Assembly (NCBI GenBank): GCA_040755995.1
Contig: JBFMAF010000003.1
Coordinates: forward strand, 32,001 to 96,000
DNA length: 64,000 bases
Reading direction: 5' to 3'
From: Acidobacteriota bacterium
Lineage (GTDB): Bacteria > Acidobacteriota > CAIWXX01
Below are positions 1-10,910 of this stretch, piece after piece. A program made the translations under genes and the position numbers. The notes under the pieces are model-generated. The model made no database searches and was not told the DNA's origin. It was given only the letters and a program-made list of their open reading frames with translations. The stretch's first letter is position 1. The number at the start of each line of letters is the position of its first letter.

Positions 1-222
1 CGATTTCGAATTGTGGATATCGGATCGGGTCCATTCAGAGCTGGTCCGGGATCCATGTTCTGAAATCCCACACCGAGGCCCCGCCTCCGGCGGAGGTGGC
101 AGGTCGAGGTTCCTAGTGACTCTACGAGTCGCGCATCGGGCGCAATACCACCATCTCGGTGGTTTCGCACGGTGGATTGGATTCTTGGATGGCAGTGGGC
201 GCGAATCAGGAAGCTCGACTCG

Positions 223-1398
223 ATGACCGTCCTCTTCATCTCGCCGGCGCCGTTCTACCAGGAACGGGGGACGCCGATCGCAATTGACCGGATCTTGAGG
301 GTGTTGTCCGAGCGCGGAGAGCGAGTGGATGTCCTCACGAATCACCTGGGGCGCAACGTAGACTATCCGAACGTCACAATTCACCGCACGGCAGCCCTGC
401 CGTTCATTCGCAACATCAGGCCGGGCTTCTCGTGGAACAAGGTGCTCTGCGACGTTCTCATACTCGCCAAAGCGATCCGGCTCGTGCTCAGGAAGCGCCC
501 GCATCTGGTGCACGCAGTAGAGGAGGCGGTCTTCATCGCTGTTGCGCTCAGAGGGTTCTTCCGGATTCCCTATGTGTATGACATGGATTCGTCGATTCCG
601 GACAAGCTCGTCGAGCAGTACAGTTGGCTGCGCCATTTCTGGCATGTCTTCATGTACCTGGTGGGACGCGCCGTACGGCATGCCGAGGCGGTAGTACCGG
701 TCTGCGACGCCATAGCCGCCGTTATCGAGAAGTATGAGCCCAAGAAAGTGCTGGTGTTGCCCGATTTTTCGCTGCTCGACCGGGCGGAACCGGGGGCCGT
801 CGAGGATCTCAGGTTGCGACTCGGAATCGGCGGGCTCCTCATGATGTACGTCGGGAATCTCGAGATCTACCAGGGGATCGACCTGCTTCTAGACAGCTAC
901 GCCGTGCTGCTCCGGCAGCCGGATAGCGCGGACCTGGTGGTGATCGGCGGAGACCCGGCCGGCATCGTTCGCTATCAGCAGAAGTCCCGCGATCTCGGCA
1001 TTGCGGAGAGGGTGCACTTCATCGGGCCGAGACCTGTCGAACACCTTTCAGCCTACCTGTCCCAGGCGGACATACTCGTCTCGCCGAGGATCAGAGGAAG
1101 CAACACTCCGATGAAGATCTACTCGTACCTGGACAGTGGGAAGCCTGTCGCAGCAACCGATCTCCCGACGCACACGCAGGTTCTCACCGCCGAAGTGGCG
1201 GTGCTCTCCGGGCCGACGCCGGAGGAATTCGCGGGCGGAATACGGCGTCTGGTGGAGGATGCTGCCTTGAGGGCCCGGCTGGGGCAGGCGGGCAGGCGGC
1301 TGATCGCGGAAAAGTACAACGAAGCGGTATTCCGCGATCGTGTCAACGAGCTGTACGATTGGCTGGAGAGAAAGGCAGCAGGGCCCGGGAGCCGCTGA
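223..1398 (+). CDS. Glycosyltransferase family 4 (GT-B)
   Basis: C-terminal GT4 signature (YVGNLEIYQGIDLL ... ADILVSPR ... PMKIYSYLDSGKPVAATD). Start set at ATG 223; the ORF track extends to GTG 172. Confidence 0.88.
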   Translation: MTVLFISPAPFYQERGTPIAIDRILRVLSERGERVDVLTNHLGRNVDYPNVTIHRTAALPFIRNIRPGFSWNKVLCDVLILAKAIRLVLRKRPHLVHAVEEAVFIAVALRGFFRIPYVYDMDSSIPDKLVEQYSWLRHFWHVFMYLVGRAVRHAEAVVPVCDAIAAVIEKYEPKKVLVLPDFSLLDRAEPGAVEDLRLRLGIGGLLMMYVGNLEIYQGIDLLLDSYAVLLRQPDSADLVVIGGDPAGIVRYQQKSRDLGIAERVHFIGPRPVEHLSAYLSQADILVSPRIRGSNTPMKIYSYLDSGKPVAATDLPTHTQVLTAEVAVLSGPTPEEFAGGIRRLVEDAALRARLGQAGRRLIAEKYNEAVFRDRVNELYDWLERKAAGPGSR

Positions 1399-1565
1399 CG
1401 GGGCGCGTGTTCGTGGACGCGCGCTGAGACATGCCAAGCCGCCGGCAGGCGGCGCAGTATTGTCGTCCGCGTCCACCAACAGATGGTGCCCGCACACGCG
1501 ACTTTGCCCATGCGGGCATTCCTGCAATACGGCGCGTCACACACCGCATGGACCTGTTGAATATG

Positions 1566-1594
1566 TTGCGGACTTGTGACGCGCTGTGTAGAAT
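1566..1594 (+). promoter_or_regulatory. Putative sigma70 promoter for the radical SAM/methyltransferase genes
   Basis: TTGCGG-17 bp-TAGAAT just upstream of the ORF. Confidence 0.4.
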
Positions 1595-1609
1595 CATGCT
1601 TCGCGGGCG

Positions 1610-3097
1610 GTGATCTTGGAGAGAGATGAAATGGATGTTCTGTTGATACTCCCCCCCGGCGGGTACTACGCCGAGAGATGGCAGAGGGGTTCGCTGCAGC
1701 CGCCGCTGGGTGTACTGTACCTGGGTGCAGTTCTGGAGGAGAACGGTTTTCAGGTCGGGATCATTGACGCGCATGTCGAACGTCTGACGTATGCAGGACT
1801 GGCCGGGAGGGTGTCTGAAGTCGGCCCCAAGATCGTGGGGATCTCGTTCTGTACGGACAACCGGTTCGAGGCGTTTCAGACGATCAGCGAGATTCGGAAG
1901 GCGCTCCCGAAGGTGCCGCTTGTGGTGGGCGGGCCGCATCCATCGCTTGCCGCGCAGGATACGCTCGAAAACATCAGCGGCATTGACTACGTCGTGCAGG
2001 GCGAGGGAGAGGTCTCGTTCCTGAAGCTGGTGAGAGCCATTCTCGGCAACAAGGAGGAGGTGTCCGGCATCGCAGGCGTGTCGTACCGGAAGAACGGCAA
2101 CATCGTCCACAACCCGGGGCACGAATTCATCCTCGACCTCGACAAGGTCCCATTCCCTGCCCGGCATCTCATCCCGTGGAAGAAGTACAACTTCACGATG
2201 GAGGTCCCTGGAAGAGGAGCTCTGCGAGGCGGCACGATCATGGCATCCAGGGGATGTCCCTTCACCTGCAATTTCTGCTCCTCGGCAGAGATGTGGGGAC
2301 GCAAGGTGCGCTTCCGCACGCCGGCCAACATCGTGCAGGAGATCCAGCTGATGAAGGAGAAGCTCGGCGTCCAGGCGCTCTGGTACCTGGACGACGTCTT
2401 CGCGATCAAGAAGCAGCATGCGATGGATCTCTGCAAAGCGATGGTCGAAGCGAAGCTCGACATTCCGTGGATATGCGAGATCAGGGTGGATATCGTCGAC
2501 TTCGAGCTGCTGGAGACGCTGAAGAACACGGGCTGCTACTGCGTCGGCTTCGGCGTCGAGTCCGGCTCGCAGAGAGTGCTCGACCGCGTGGTCCACAAGA
2601 AGATCAAGGTCGAAAAGGTCAGACAGGTCAGAGACTGGTGCCAGAAGCTGGGTTTGATTTCGAATCCGTTCTTTATCTACAGCCATCCAGATGAAACCGA
2701 AGAGGACCTCAGAATGACCCTAGACCTGATCAAGAGCTTCCCCAAGGAGAGCTGGATCGGGATGAAGCTGCTACACATATACCCGGGCACGGAGGTTGAG
2801 CGGATAGCATACGAGAAGGGGATGCTGCCCCGGGATTTCTCGTGGGCGAAGCCGATGGACAAGAGGGTCGAGGTGCTCCCATCCACGCAGGGGGACGTGC
2901 CGATATTCAGAGACAAGCTCTCGTGGGAGCAGCTCGGCCGAGCGATGTTCGAATGGGCGAGCATCCGCAAGTACCCCGTCTGGAAGAAGATACCGACTGT
3001 GCTGAAGGACATCCGCTCTCCGCGGGACATAGCCAGGTACATCTCGCTCGCCTGGAGCTTCCTCGGTTTCAAGCTCGGGTGGGGAGCGAAGGCCTAG
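1610..3097 (+). CDS. Cobalamin-binding (class B-type) radical SAM protein
   Basis: N-terminal B12-binding domain (PPLGVLYLGAVL ... VVGGPHPS ... GEGE), SRGCPFTCNFC CxxxCxxC motif, GFGVESGSQRVL. True start may be ATG 1631. Confidence 0.9.
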   Translation: MILERDEMDVLLILPPGGYYAERWQRGSLQPPLGVLYLGAVLEENGFQVGIIDAHVERLTYAGLAGRVSEVGPKIVGISFCTDNRFEAFQTISEIRKALPKVPLVVGGPHPSLAAQDTLENISGIDYVVQGEGEVSFLKLVRAILGNKEEVSGIAGVSYRKNGNIVHNPGHEFILDLDKVPFPARHLIPWKKYNFTMEVPGRGALRGGTIMASRGCPFTCNFCSSAEMWGRKVRFRTPANIVQEIQLMKEKLGVQALWYLDDVFAIKKQHAMDLCKAMVEAKLDIPWICEIRVDIVDFELLETLKNTGCYCVGFGVESGSQRVLDRVVHKKIKVEKVRQVRDWCQKLGLISNPFFIYSHPDETEEDLRMTLDLIKSFPKESWIGMKLLHIYPGTEVERIAYEKGMLPRDFSWAKPMDKRVEVLPSTQGDVPIFRDKLSWEQLGRAMFEWASIRKYPVWKKIPTVLKDIRSPRDIARYISLAWSFLGFKLGWGAKA

Positions 3098-3137
3098 GGT
3101 CCGGTCCGCGGGGCCCGAGAAACCGGCAGGAGGCTCT

Positions 3138-3932
3138 GTGTCCATGGGTGCAGGATTGAAGGGGTATCACCGCTACAGCGATTACGCGCGCTTCCCCGGG
3201 GGCCGCAAGAAGATCGACTACCTCATGACAGCCATCTCACGGCTGGCAGCCCCGGGTGTCGAAGGCAAGCTGAGGGTACTCGACGTCGGGTGCGGCAACG
3301 GAAGCATCTCGTTCCCGCTGGCAAGCGTCGGGCACCAGGTGATCGGGGTCGACATCGACGAGGCCTCGGTCGCGTACTGTCGCGGACATTCATCTTTTAA
3401 CAATGCCTCGTTCCAATGCGTGCCGGATGGACGCCTGCCGTTCAAGGATTCTTTCGACGTGGTCGTCTGCTCGGAGGTGCTCGAGCATCTCGCAGAACCG
3501 CAGGTGCTCGTCAACGACATGTTCAACGCCCTTCTCCGCGGAGGCTTGCTGCTCATAACAGTGCCGAACGGCTACGGCGCGCGCGAGGTGCTCGGCCGCT
3601 TCGAGAAATTCCTGCGCGTGCGACTCCGCCTCGACGGCCTCGTACGATTGCTCAGGCGCACCGCCGGGATGATGTCGGCCGAAGAGAAACATGCGATGCA
3701 TACGTCGAACCCTGACCAGGAACATGTCCAGAAATTCAAGTGGGGCAGGCTGCGACGCACGCTGGAGCAGTCCGGGCTCACGGTCCTGGAGCAGGTGAAT
3801 TCGTTCGTGATCCTCAGCGTGTTCCTGAGGAAGGGCCGGATCGGAGAACTGGTGGAGCGCGTGGACTGCCGCGCCGCCGATCTGCTTCCGGCATTTATGG
3901 CGAGCGGCTGGTACGTGGCCAGCAGGAAGTAG
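3138..3932 (+). CDS. Class I SAM-dependent methyltransferase
   Basis: VLDVGCGNG motif I; FDVVVCSEVLEHL; LLITVPN. Confidence 0.88.
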   Translation: MSMGAGLKGYHRYSDYARFPGGRKKIDYLMTAISRLAAPGVEGKLRVLDVGCGNGSISFPLASVGHQVIGVDIDEASVAYCRGHSSFNNASFQCVPDGRLPFKDSFDVVVCSEVLEHLAEPQVLVNDMFNALLRGGLLLITVPNGYGAREVLGRFEKFLRVRLRLDGLVRLLRRTAGMMSAEEKHAMHTSNPDQEHVQKFKWGRLRRTLEQSGLTVLEQVNSFVILSVFLRKGRIGELVERVDCRAADLLPAFMASGWYVASRK

Positions 3933-4137
3933 AATCGTCGGCGCTCTCAACAGCGGCGGGGACGCGGTGCGGTCCAGGCGGGTGTTGCCTGGCTCAGCGT
4001 TCCAGATCACCCTGGCGCCTGCGAATGACCATGCCGCGGCCTTTCGCCACGCCGACACCCTCTTGCCTTCTTGCTCGGCGGTGCCCGAAACCAGCCTGTC
4101 TCTTGGTAGAATGTGGGCAGGGTGAGGAGCTGCGATC

Positions 4138-5142
4138 ATGCGAGCGATGATACTCAGAGCACAACGGCAGCCGCTCGAACTGGCGGATCTGCCGGATCCC
4201 AGCCCGGGCGATGGGCAGGTCTTGATCCGGGTTCACGCATGCGGCGTGTGTAGGACGGACCTGCACGTGGTGGACGGCGACCTGAAGGATCCCGTCCTGC
4301 CCGTTGTCCCAGGGCACCAGATCGTCGGGACCGTCTTGGCAGCTGGCCCCGGTGCGAAGGCGTTTGCCGCCGGCGACCGGGTCGGCGTGCCGTGGCTCGG
4401 CGGGAGCTGCGGCGAGTGCCGTTTCTGCCGGTCGGGCCGAGAGAACCTGTGCGACGCGGCGCGTTATACGGGATACCAGATTCACGGAGGCTTCGCCGAA
4501 AGTTGCGTTGCAGACGAGCGCTTCTGCTTTCCGATTCCCGGAGGCTATCCGGACCTGCAGGCAGCTCCGCTGCTCTGCGCCGGCCTGATCGGCTACCGCG
4601 CGTTGCGGATGGCGGGAGACGCCGAGCGCTTGGGGCTCTACGGCTTCGGAGCCGCAGCACACATCGTCGCGCAGGTCGCGGTGTATCAGGGACGCACGGT
4701 CTACGCCTTCACGCGCGTCGGCGACAGGTCGTCGCAGGAGTTCGCGAGAGGCCTTGGAGCGGCCTGGGCCGGAGTCGCCGATGAGCAGCCTCCGGCCCGC
4801 CTGGACGCCGCCATCATTTTTGCGCCGGTCGGCAGCCTGGTGCCCGCAGCGCTGAAGGCGGTTGACAAGGGTGGGGTCGTTGTGTGCGCCGGAATCCACA
4901 TGAGCGACATCCCGTCGTTCCCTTATTCGATTCTATGGGGAGAGCGCGTTGTGCGCTCGGTAGCGAACCTGACGCGCAGAGACGGAGAGGAGTTCCTCGC
5001 GTTGGCACCGAAGGTCCCGGTGAGGACGGAGGTCATCCCGTATCCGCTCGAAGAGGCCGATCAGGCCCTCGAAGACCTGCGCGAAGGTCGCTTCAACGGG
5101 GCGGCGGTAATCGTCACACGCGCTGACGGTCCGGTCCCGTGA
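4138..5142 (+). CDS. Zinc-dependent alcohol dehydrogenase family protein
   Basis: ACGVCRTDLH, GHQIVG, structural Zn CGECRFC...C, GLYGFGAAA. Confidence 0.92.
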   Translation: MRAMILRAQRQPLELADLPDPSPGDGQVLIRVHACGVCRTDLHVVDGDLKDPVLPVVPGHQIVGTVLAAGPGAKAFAAGDRVGVPWLGGSCGECRFCRSGRENLCDAARYTGYQIHGGFAESCVADERFCFPIPGGYPDLQAAPLLCAGLIGYRALRMAGDAERLGLYGFGAAAHIVAQVAVYQGRTVYAFTRVGDRSSQEFARGLGAAWAGVADEQPPARLDAAIIFAPVGSLVPAALKAVDKGGVVVCAGIHMSDIPSFPYSILWGERVVRSVANLTRRDGEEFLALAPKVPVRTEVIPYPLEEADQALEDLREGRFNGAAVIVTRADGPVP

Positions 5143-5212
5143 GGGCGGTGCAGGGCTAGCGGAGGGCGGGTCGAGCGGGGACGCGGGAGGTAGTTGAGTA
5201 ACTCATTCCACT

Positions 5213-5246
5213 TCTCCGCGTCTCCGTTTCTCCGTATCTCCGCGTC
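5213..5246. repeat. Octamer tandem repeat (TCTCCGYN)x4 between convergent genes
   Basis: TCTCCGCG TCTCCGTT TCTCCGTA TCTCCGCG TC; a G-rich, loosely complementary stretch lies at about 5158-5190. Confidence 0.7.
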
Positions 5247-5306
5247 GGTGGCGGAGAGAGCCGGCCCCGCTTGGGAACGAGAGCAGTGTACGATCGCGCT
5301 CTGCCC

Positions 5307-6055
5307 CTACATCGGCGGGTCCATCACGCAGCGGAAGCCTAGCCAGTAGATCCCGATCTGCGATTTCGGATCGGCGGTGCCGCGCTGCGTCAGGCGGCAG
5401 CCTTGCGGGTCGGTGGTGTATGAGCCTCCCCGCAGCATCGCCCGGCCGCGACGGTTGGGTGCCAGGGACATCTGGTCGACGACCTTGTCGAGCGGGTACG
5501 GGTTGAACGGCGAGCCCGTCCACTCGGTGACGTTGCCTGCCATGTCGTAGACGCCGTAGGGACTGACGTCGGAGGAGTATGTGCCGACGGCGGTCGTCGA
5601 CTTCAAGCCTTCCTCCACCGAGTTGCACTTCTTCGGCTGGAACTCCGGTCCCCACGGATAACGCAGCTGCTTCGTGCCGCGCGCGGCCTTCTCCCATTCG
5701 GCCTCGGTGGGCAGCCGCTTGCCGGCCCAGGTGGCGTAGGCGAGGCAGTCGGAGTATGTCAGATTTTGGACGGGATGGTTGCCGAGCTTCTCTCCGGCGT
5801 ACTTGCGCCAGTCGCCCTGGCTCTTGAAGCCGGTTGCGTTCACGAACTTCTCGTAAAGGGCATTGGTGACCTCGTATCTGTCGATGTAGTAGGCCGGCAG
5901 ATCGAGCTCGTGCACCGGCTGCTCGACCTTGACGTCATCGCTGCCCATCTTGAACGGGCCGGCGGGGATCAGGACCATCTCCGCGCCGTCCTTCGTGCTC
6001 GTGATGGTCGACGGAAGTGCGGCTTGCGCCAGGAGGAGGAGACAGAGGCCGAGGA

Positions 6056-6059
<4 letters not shown>
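5307..6059 (-). CDS. Secreted formylglycine-generating-enzyme-fold (SUMF1/FGE-sulfatase domain) protein
   Basis: Signal peptide MILGLCLLLLAQAA; MVLIPAGPFKMG, RYEVTNALY, RLPTEAEWEKAARG, DMAGNVTEW, RGGSY, GFRC. ATG overlaps the pfk stop codon. Confidence 0.88.
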
Positions 6060-7165
<1,106 letters not shown>

Positions 7166-7354
7166 GGCCATGCCCTCCGTAGTTCGTATTCTCGACCCAT
7201 TATGCTTCAGGACTCCTCGCCGAGACAAGTCGCCTTTGGTCCGTTTCGCTCGACAGATGCCAGCGTTCGGACGAAGCAGCGGGGAACTCGACGCAGTTCC
7301 CCTGCTTTGATGTGCTACAAATGATCTCGCCTGGTAGTGGCGGAGAGGAAGTCC

Positions 7355-7660
7355 ATGAACAGCCAGTATGTCGAGGAGATCGAGGGGGTCTTTCGGGTGA
7401 CCGGCAGCCGCGTCTCGCTGGATTCCATTGTCCATGCTTTCTGGGGCGGACAGACAGCTGAGACCATCGGGCAATCATTTCCTGTGTTGACGCTCGAACA
7501 GGTATACGGAGCCCTTACCTTCTATCTGGCCAACAGCTCGGAGGTGGATGCCCGTCTGGCGAAAGCGGAATCCGAGTTTGAGGCTCTGAGGAGGGCATCC
7601 AGGGAGAAGGACCCGCTCTTTTATCAGAAACTGGCGGACGCGCGCCGCCGGGCCGCGTGA
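7355..7660 (+). CDS. DUF433-family antitoxin
   Basis: FRVTGSRVSLDSIV ... AETIGQSFPVLTLEQVYGALTFY pattern; directly upstream of a PIN-like gene. Confidence 0.8.
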   Translation: MNSQYVEEIEGVFRVTGSRVSLDSIVHAFWGGQTAETIGQSFPVLTLEQVYGALTFYLANSSEVDARLAKAESEFEALRRASREKDPLFYQKLADARRRAA

Positions 7661-7672
7661 GCGCACTTCCTG

Positions 7673-8023
7673 ATGACGGTGCGCTATCAAGCTGACGCCG
7701 ATCTCAATCAGATCATACTCCTGGCGACCGTACGGCGCGCGCCGACTATCGATTTCCAAACGGCGGTTGCTGCCGACCTGGCAGGCGTAATCGACGCTGA
7801 GGTGCTGGCAAGGGCGGCCTTCCAGGGTCGGGTATTGGTCACGCATGACCGAAAGACCGTGCCGCGACGATTCGCTGAATTCATCGCTCGGGAGACCAGC
7901 CCAGGACTTATACTTATTCCGCAATACCTCTCAGTGGCCAGCGCAGCAGAGGACCTTGTCTTGATCTGGTCGGCCTCGGAGGCCGAGGAGTGGATCAACC
8001 GAATAACTGTTCTCCCTCTGTGA
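7673..8023 (+). CDS. DUF5615/Mut7-C PIN-like toxin (VapC45-type)
   Basis: YQADADLN, DAEVLARAAFQGRVLVTHD, SPGLILI; paired with DUF433. Confidence 0.8.
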   Translation: MTVRYQADADLNQIILLATVRRAPTIDFQTAVAADLAGVIDAEVLARAAFQGRVLVTHDRKTVPRRFAEFIARETSPGLILIPQYLSVASAAEDLVLIWSASEAEEWINRITVLPL

Positions 8024-8144
8024 AGCGACGCCAGTCCCGCTTCCCGTTCGGTTGACAGCGAAACGCTCCGAACGGTCATCGCACGCGCCTTCACGGAGAC
8101 CCAAGATCGCATACACCAGGCCCAGGCAGCCCCGCGGCCGGGGC

Positions 8145-8834
8145 TCACAATAGCGACAGGATCGGCAGCGGGTACTCCTCACGCAGCGTGGCGAGCGCCA
8201 TCTTTTCTACATATGTAGTAAAGGCGTCGTGGGATGAGTATTCCGCCAGGTCGCGCCGCGCCCTTGCGCGAGCCTCCTCGACGACATCCGGCTCCAGCGA
8301 AGCCGGTAGCGCGCGGTCCAGCCCGGCAGCTGCCTTTCCCAGCCATTCCTCGGCCTCGAACACAGATGCATCCGGCCTCGCGCGCCGGAGGTAGCCGGCG
8401 ACCGCAAGCAGCCGGGCGGCTAGTTTCTGGTGGCCGCGCGATTCCGCCGTCGCGGTCGCGGCGTCGAGCTGCTCCAGGAGATCCCGGAGTCGCTGCATGT
8501 GGCCCGAGACTCGACCGAAGTCCGCTTTCCTGCGCCGGCCGCCGGCCCGGCGCGCGCCTGCGCGCAGCTCTTTGTATGCCTCCCACGCGCGCTCCACGTG
8601 GCGGACGGCGAAGTCGAGGTTTCTCGGAGGGACTCTGCGCAGCCGTCCATGGCGCAGGCGAGCGAGGTAGGCCGAGTCGATGCCGGTGAGCACCACCCCG
8701 CGCGGGATCCTCAGGTTCCACCAGGACTGTATGATCTCGTAGTCCCGGGACGAGAGGAAGAGACGGTGGAGGCCGTAACGAAGGCAGTGGGTGGCGAGCG
8801 AGTCCACGTACTCGGACCGCTCGAAGTCTGCCAT
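8145..8834 (-). CDS. Hypothetical protein
   Basis: MADFERSEYVDSL... ATG overlaps the stop codon of the upstream gene; FLSSRDYEIIQSW...IPRGVVLTGID motif; no function recognised. Confidence 0.65.
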   Translation of the reverse strand: MADFERSEYVDSLATHCLRYGLHRLFLSSRDYEIIQSWWNLRIPRGVVLTGIDSAYLARLRHGRLRRVPPRNLDFAVRHVERAWEAYKELRAGARRAGGRRRKADFGRVSGHMQRLRDLLEQLDAATATAESRGHQKLAARLLAVAGYLRRARPDASVFEAEEWLGKAAAGLDRALPASLEPDVVEEARARARRDLAEYSSHDAFTTYVEKMALATLREEYPLPILSLL

Positions 8835-9749
8835 CAGGCCGCGTCGAGCTTTGCGGCGCCCGTGGTCTCGGGCAGTGGGCGTGAAACCTCGACGATGCGG
8901 TACGTCCACTTCACCATCTCGCGGGTCTCCTCGGCGGCTGCGCGGTACTTCGCGAACTTCACCATGTCGGCGCGGCGAAGGAATTCGCGAAGCAGCTGGA
9001 ACACCTCGGATGGCAATACGGCCGATGAGTCGCGAACGATTTCGTCGGTGGTCCGCTCCTCCACGGCCACACCGTGCCGCCTGTAGACGTAGTGCTTGAG
9101 GATCTCGGTCAGCTCGACGTAGAACTCCTTGATCCGCCCCTCCACAAGCAGGCTCGATGCTTCGAGACGCTTCAGCGCCTCCAGGGCCTCCTCCTCGGGC
9201 GAGAGCTGCGGCACGGCTGCGAGAGGCGCCAGGCCTCCGCCTGCGCGCTTTCCCCGTCGCAGCCACCACACGAGCGCTGCCAGCGCGAGGGCGGCCAGAG
9301 CGAGAGCCAGGACCCACATCCACTGGACCTCGAAAGGAATGGTCATCGGGCTCTTGATATCTTCGATGTCGGTCTCTTTGCCCGTCAAGATCGTCACGAT
9401 CTCGACCTCGCCCGGCTGGCTCGGCAGCACCATTGCCTGCGGCGCGGTCTGCTTTATCTGGACGGACGGAATCGTGAACTTCCCGGGCTTGTATGCGGTG
9501 AGCTGGTAGGTGACCGTCTGGACATAGCTTCCATCAGGCTGCCGCTGGACCTCACCGATTTCGTGGCTCAACACATCGAGGTCCCCCAGCTTCTCACCCA
9601 ACGGCGGCACGGAGAAGGCGGCCCCCTCCTTGAACCTGAGGGTCACCTTCAGGTTGATCGGATCGCCCACGTGCGCCTTGGCCGGCGCGATCTCGGTCGG
9701 CAGGTACTCCGCAGAGAACCCCAGCGACACTGCGCAGAGCAGCGCCATG
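8834..9749 (-). CDS. BatD-like exported Ig-fold membrane protein (MoxR/DUF58 neighbourhood)
   Basis: Signal peptide, beta-rich domain, DIEDIK-P followed by a TM helix, and a C-terminal FY..L..IL..Y...TTDE...ADMVKFAK motif. Start approximate. Confidence 0.75.
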
Positions 9750-9807
9750 GCAGCGTGGCGGATGACATGGTGCCGGGCACGGACGGCCCTGGGCCCGCCG
9801 CCCCCCC

Positions 9808-9839
9808 AATCTGAAATCTGAAATTTGAAATCCGAAATC
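9808..9839. repeat. Heptamer tandem repeat (AATCTGA-like)
   Basis: AATCTGA AATCTGA AATTTGA AATCCGA AATC, an AT-rich patch between two co-directional genes. Confidence 0.75.
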
Positions 9840-10716
9840 ATCTCCGTCTCTTGGCACGGGCACCGAAGAACGCCTTCAGGCTGGCGTCGTAAGGGCGGTC
9901 GGTCGAGAGTTCGATCTTGTCTACACCTGTCGTAAGAAACAGCCGCGCAGCCTTCGCGCGCCGTTGTTGCATGGTCTTCTCGATCGTGGAGCGGACTCGC
10001 GGGGAGCTGGTGTCGACGAGCTCCTCCCGTCCGGTTTCGGCGTCGCGCAGAGCGACGATTCCGACGTCCGGCACGCGGAACTCGCGCTCATCCCCGGTCA
10101 GCACGGCGATGAGGTCGTACTTGTGGGCCGCCACGCGAAAGACCTTCTCGTAGCCGTCGTCGATGAAGTCGGACAGGATGAAGACGACGGCGGTCTTCTT
10201 GAGGGCGTTGATGAGGTAGCGGAGGGCCGTGTCGAGCGAGGTGCGGGTGCCCTTCGGCTCGAAGTAGAGCACGTCGCGGATGATGCTGAGTGCGTGCGTC
10301 CTCCCCTTCTTCGGCGGGATGAACTTCTCGACCTGATCGGTGAAGACGAGCATCCCTACGCGGTCGTTGTTGAGGACTGCCGAGAAGGCGAGGGTCGCGG
10401 CGATCTCGGCCTGCAGCTCGCGTTTCGTCCGCACGGCTGTGCCGAACAGGGACGACCCGCTGGCGTCGAGGACCAGCATCACGGTGAGCTCGCGCTCTTC
10501 CATGAACTGCTTCACGAACAGGTGACCCATCCTGGACGACACGTTCCAGTCGATGAGCCGCACGTCGTCGCCCGGGACATACTCGCGCACCTCGGCGAAC
10601 TCCATCCCGCGCCCCTTGAACACGGAATGGTACTCGCCGGCGAAGGTATCTTCGACCAGCTTCCGCGTCCGGATCTCCAGCCTCCTGATCCGTCGCAGGA
10701 ACTCACGCGGTATCAT
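9838..10716 (-). CDS. DUF58 domain protein (VWA-like, MoxR-associated)
   Basis: GEYHSVFKGRGMEFAEVREYVPGDDVRLIDWNVSSR; LVLDASGS MIDAS-like motif. Confidence 0.92.
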   Translation of the reverse strand: MIPREFLRRIRRLEIRTRKLVEDTFAGEYHSVFKGRGMEFAEVREYVPGDDVRLIDWNVSSRMGHLFVKQFMEERELTVMLVLDASGSSLFGTAVRTKRELQAEIAATLAFSAVLNNDRVGMLVFTDQVEKFIPPKKGRTHALSIIRDVLYFEPKGTRTSLDTALRYLINALKKTAVVFILSDFIDDGYEKVFRVAAHKYDLIAVLTGDEREFRVPDVGIVALRDAETGREELVDTSSPRVRSTIEKTMQQRRAKAARLFLTTGVDKIELSTDRPYDASLKAFFGARAKRRR

Positions 10717-10910
10717 GCCCTGATGTCCATTCGTCGCAGCTGATCTAAATATCACATCAGCGCGCCGACTGCCAGACGAGTTTACGGTCCCACGGTCCCC
10801 TACCTAGTCCGGTGGCAGCGTCCTTGCACGGCCCCTGGACCGGCGGGCTCGTCTATGCATTGGTGGAGAGCCTCATTGCGAGGAGGGACTGTTGTGACTA
10901 TGATCAGGCT

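Noticed and set aside
11..226. 71-aa ORF ending in an ATGA overlap with the GT4 gene
   Set aside because: Gly/Arg/Ser-rich with no recognisable motif, and it begins in a degenerate repeat tract; cannot be supported as a gene.
1343..2686. Long antisense ORFs (also 15978-17510, 59361-60992, 62853-63767 and others)
   Set aside because: Shadow frames of well-supported genes in GC-rich DNA; no motifs.
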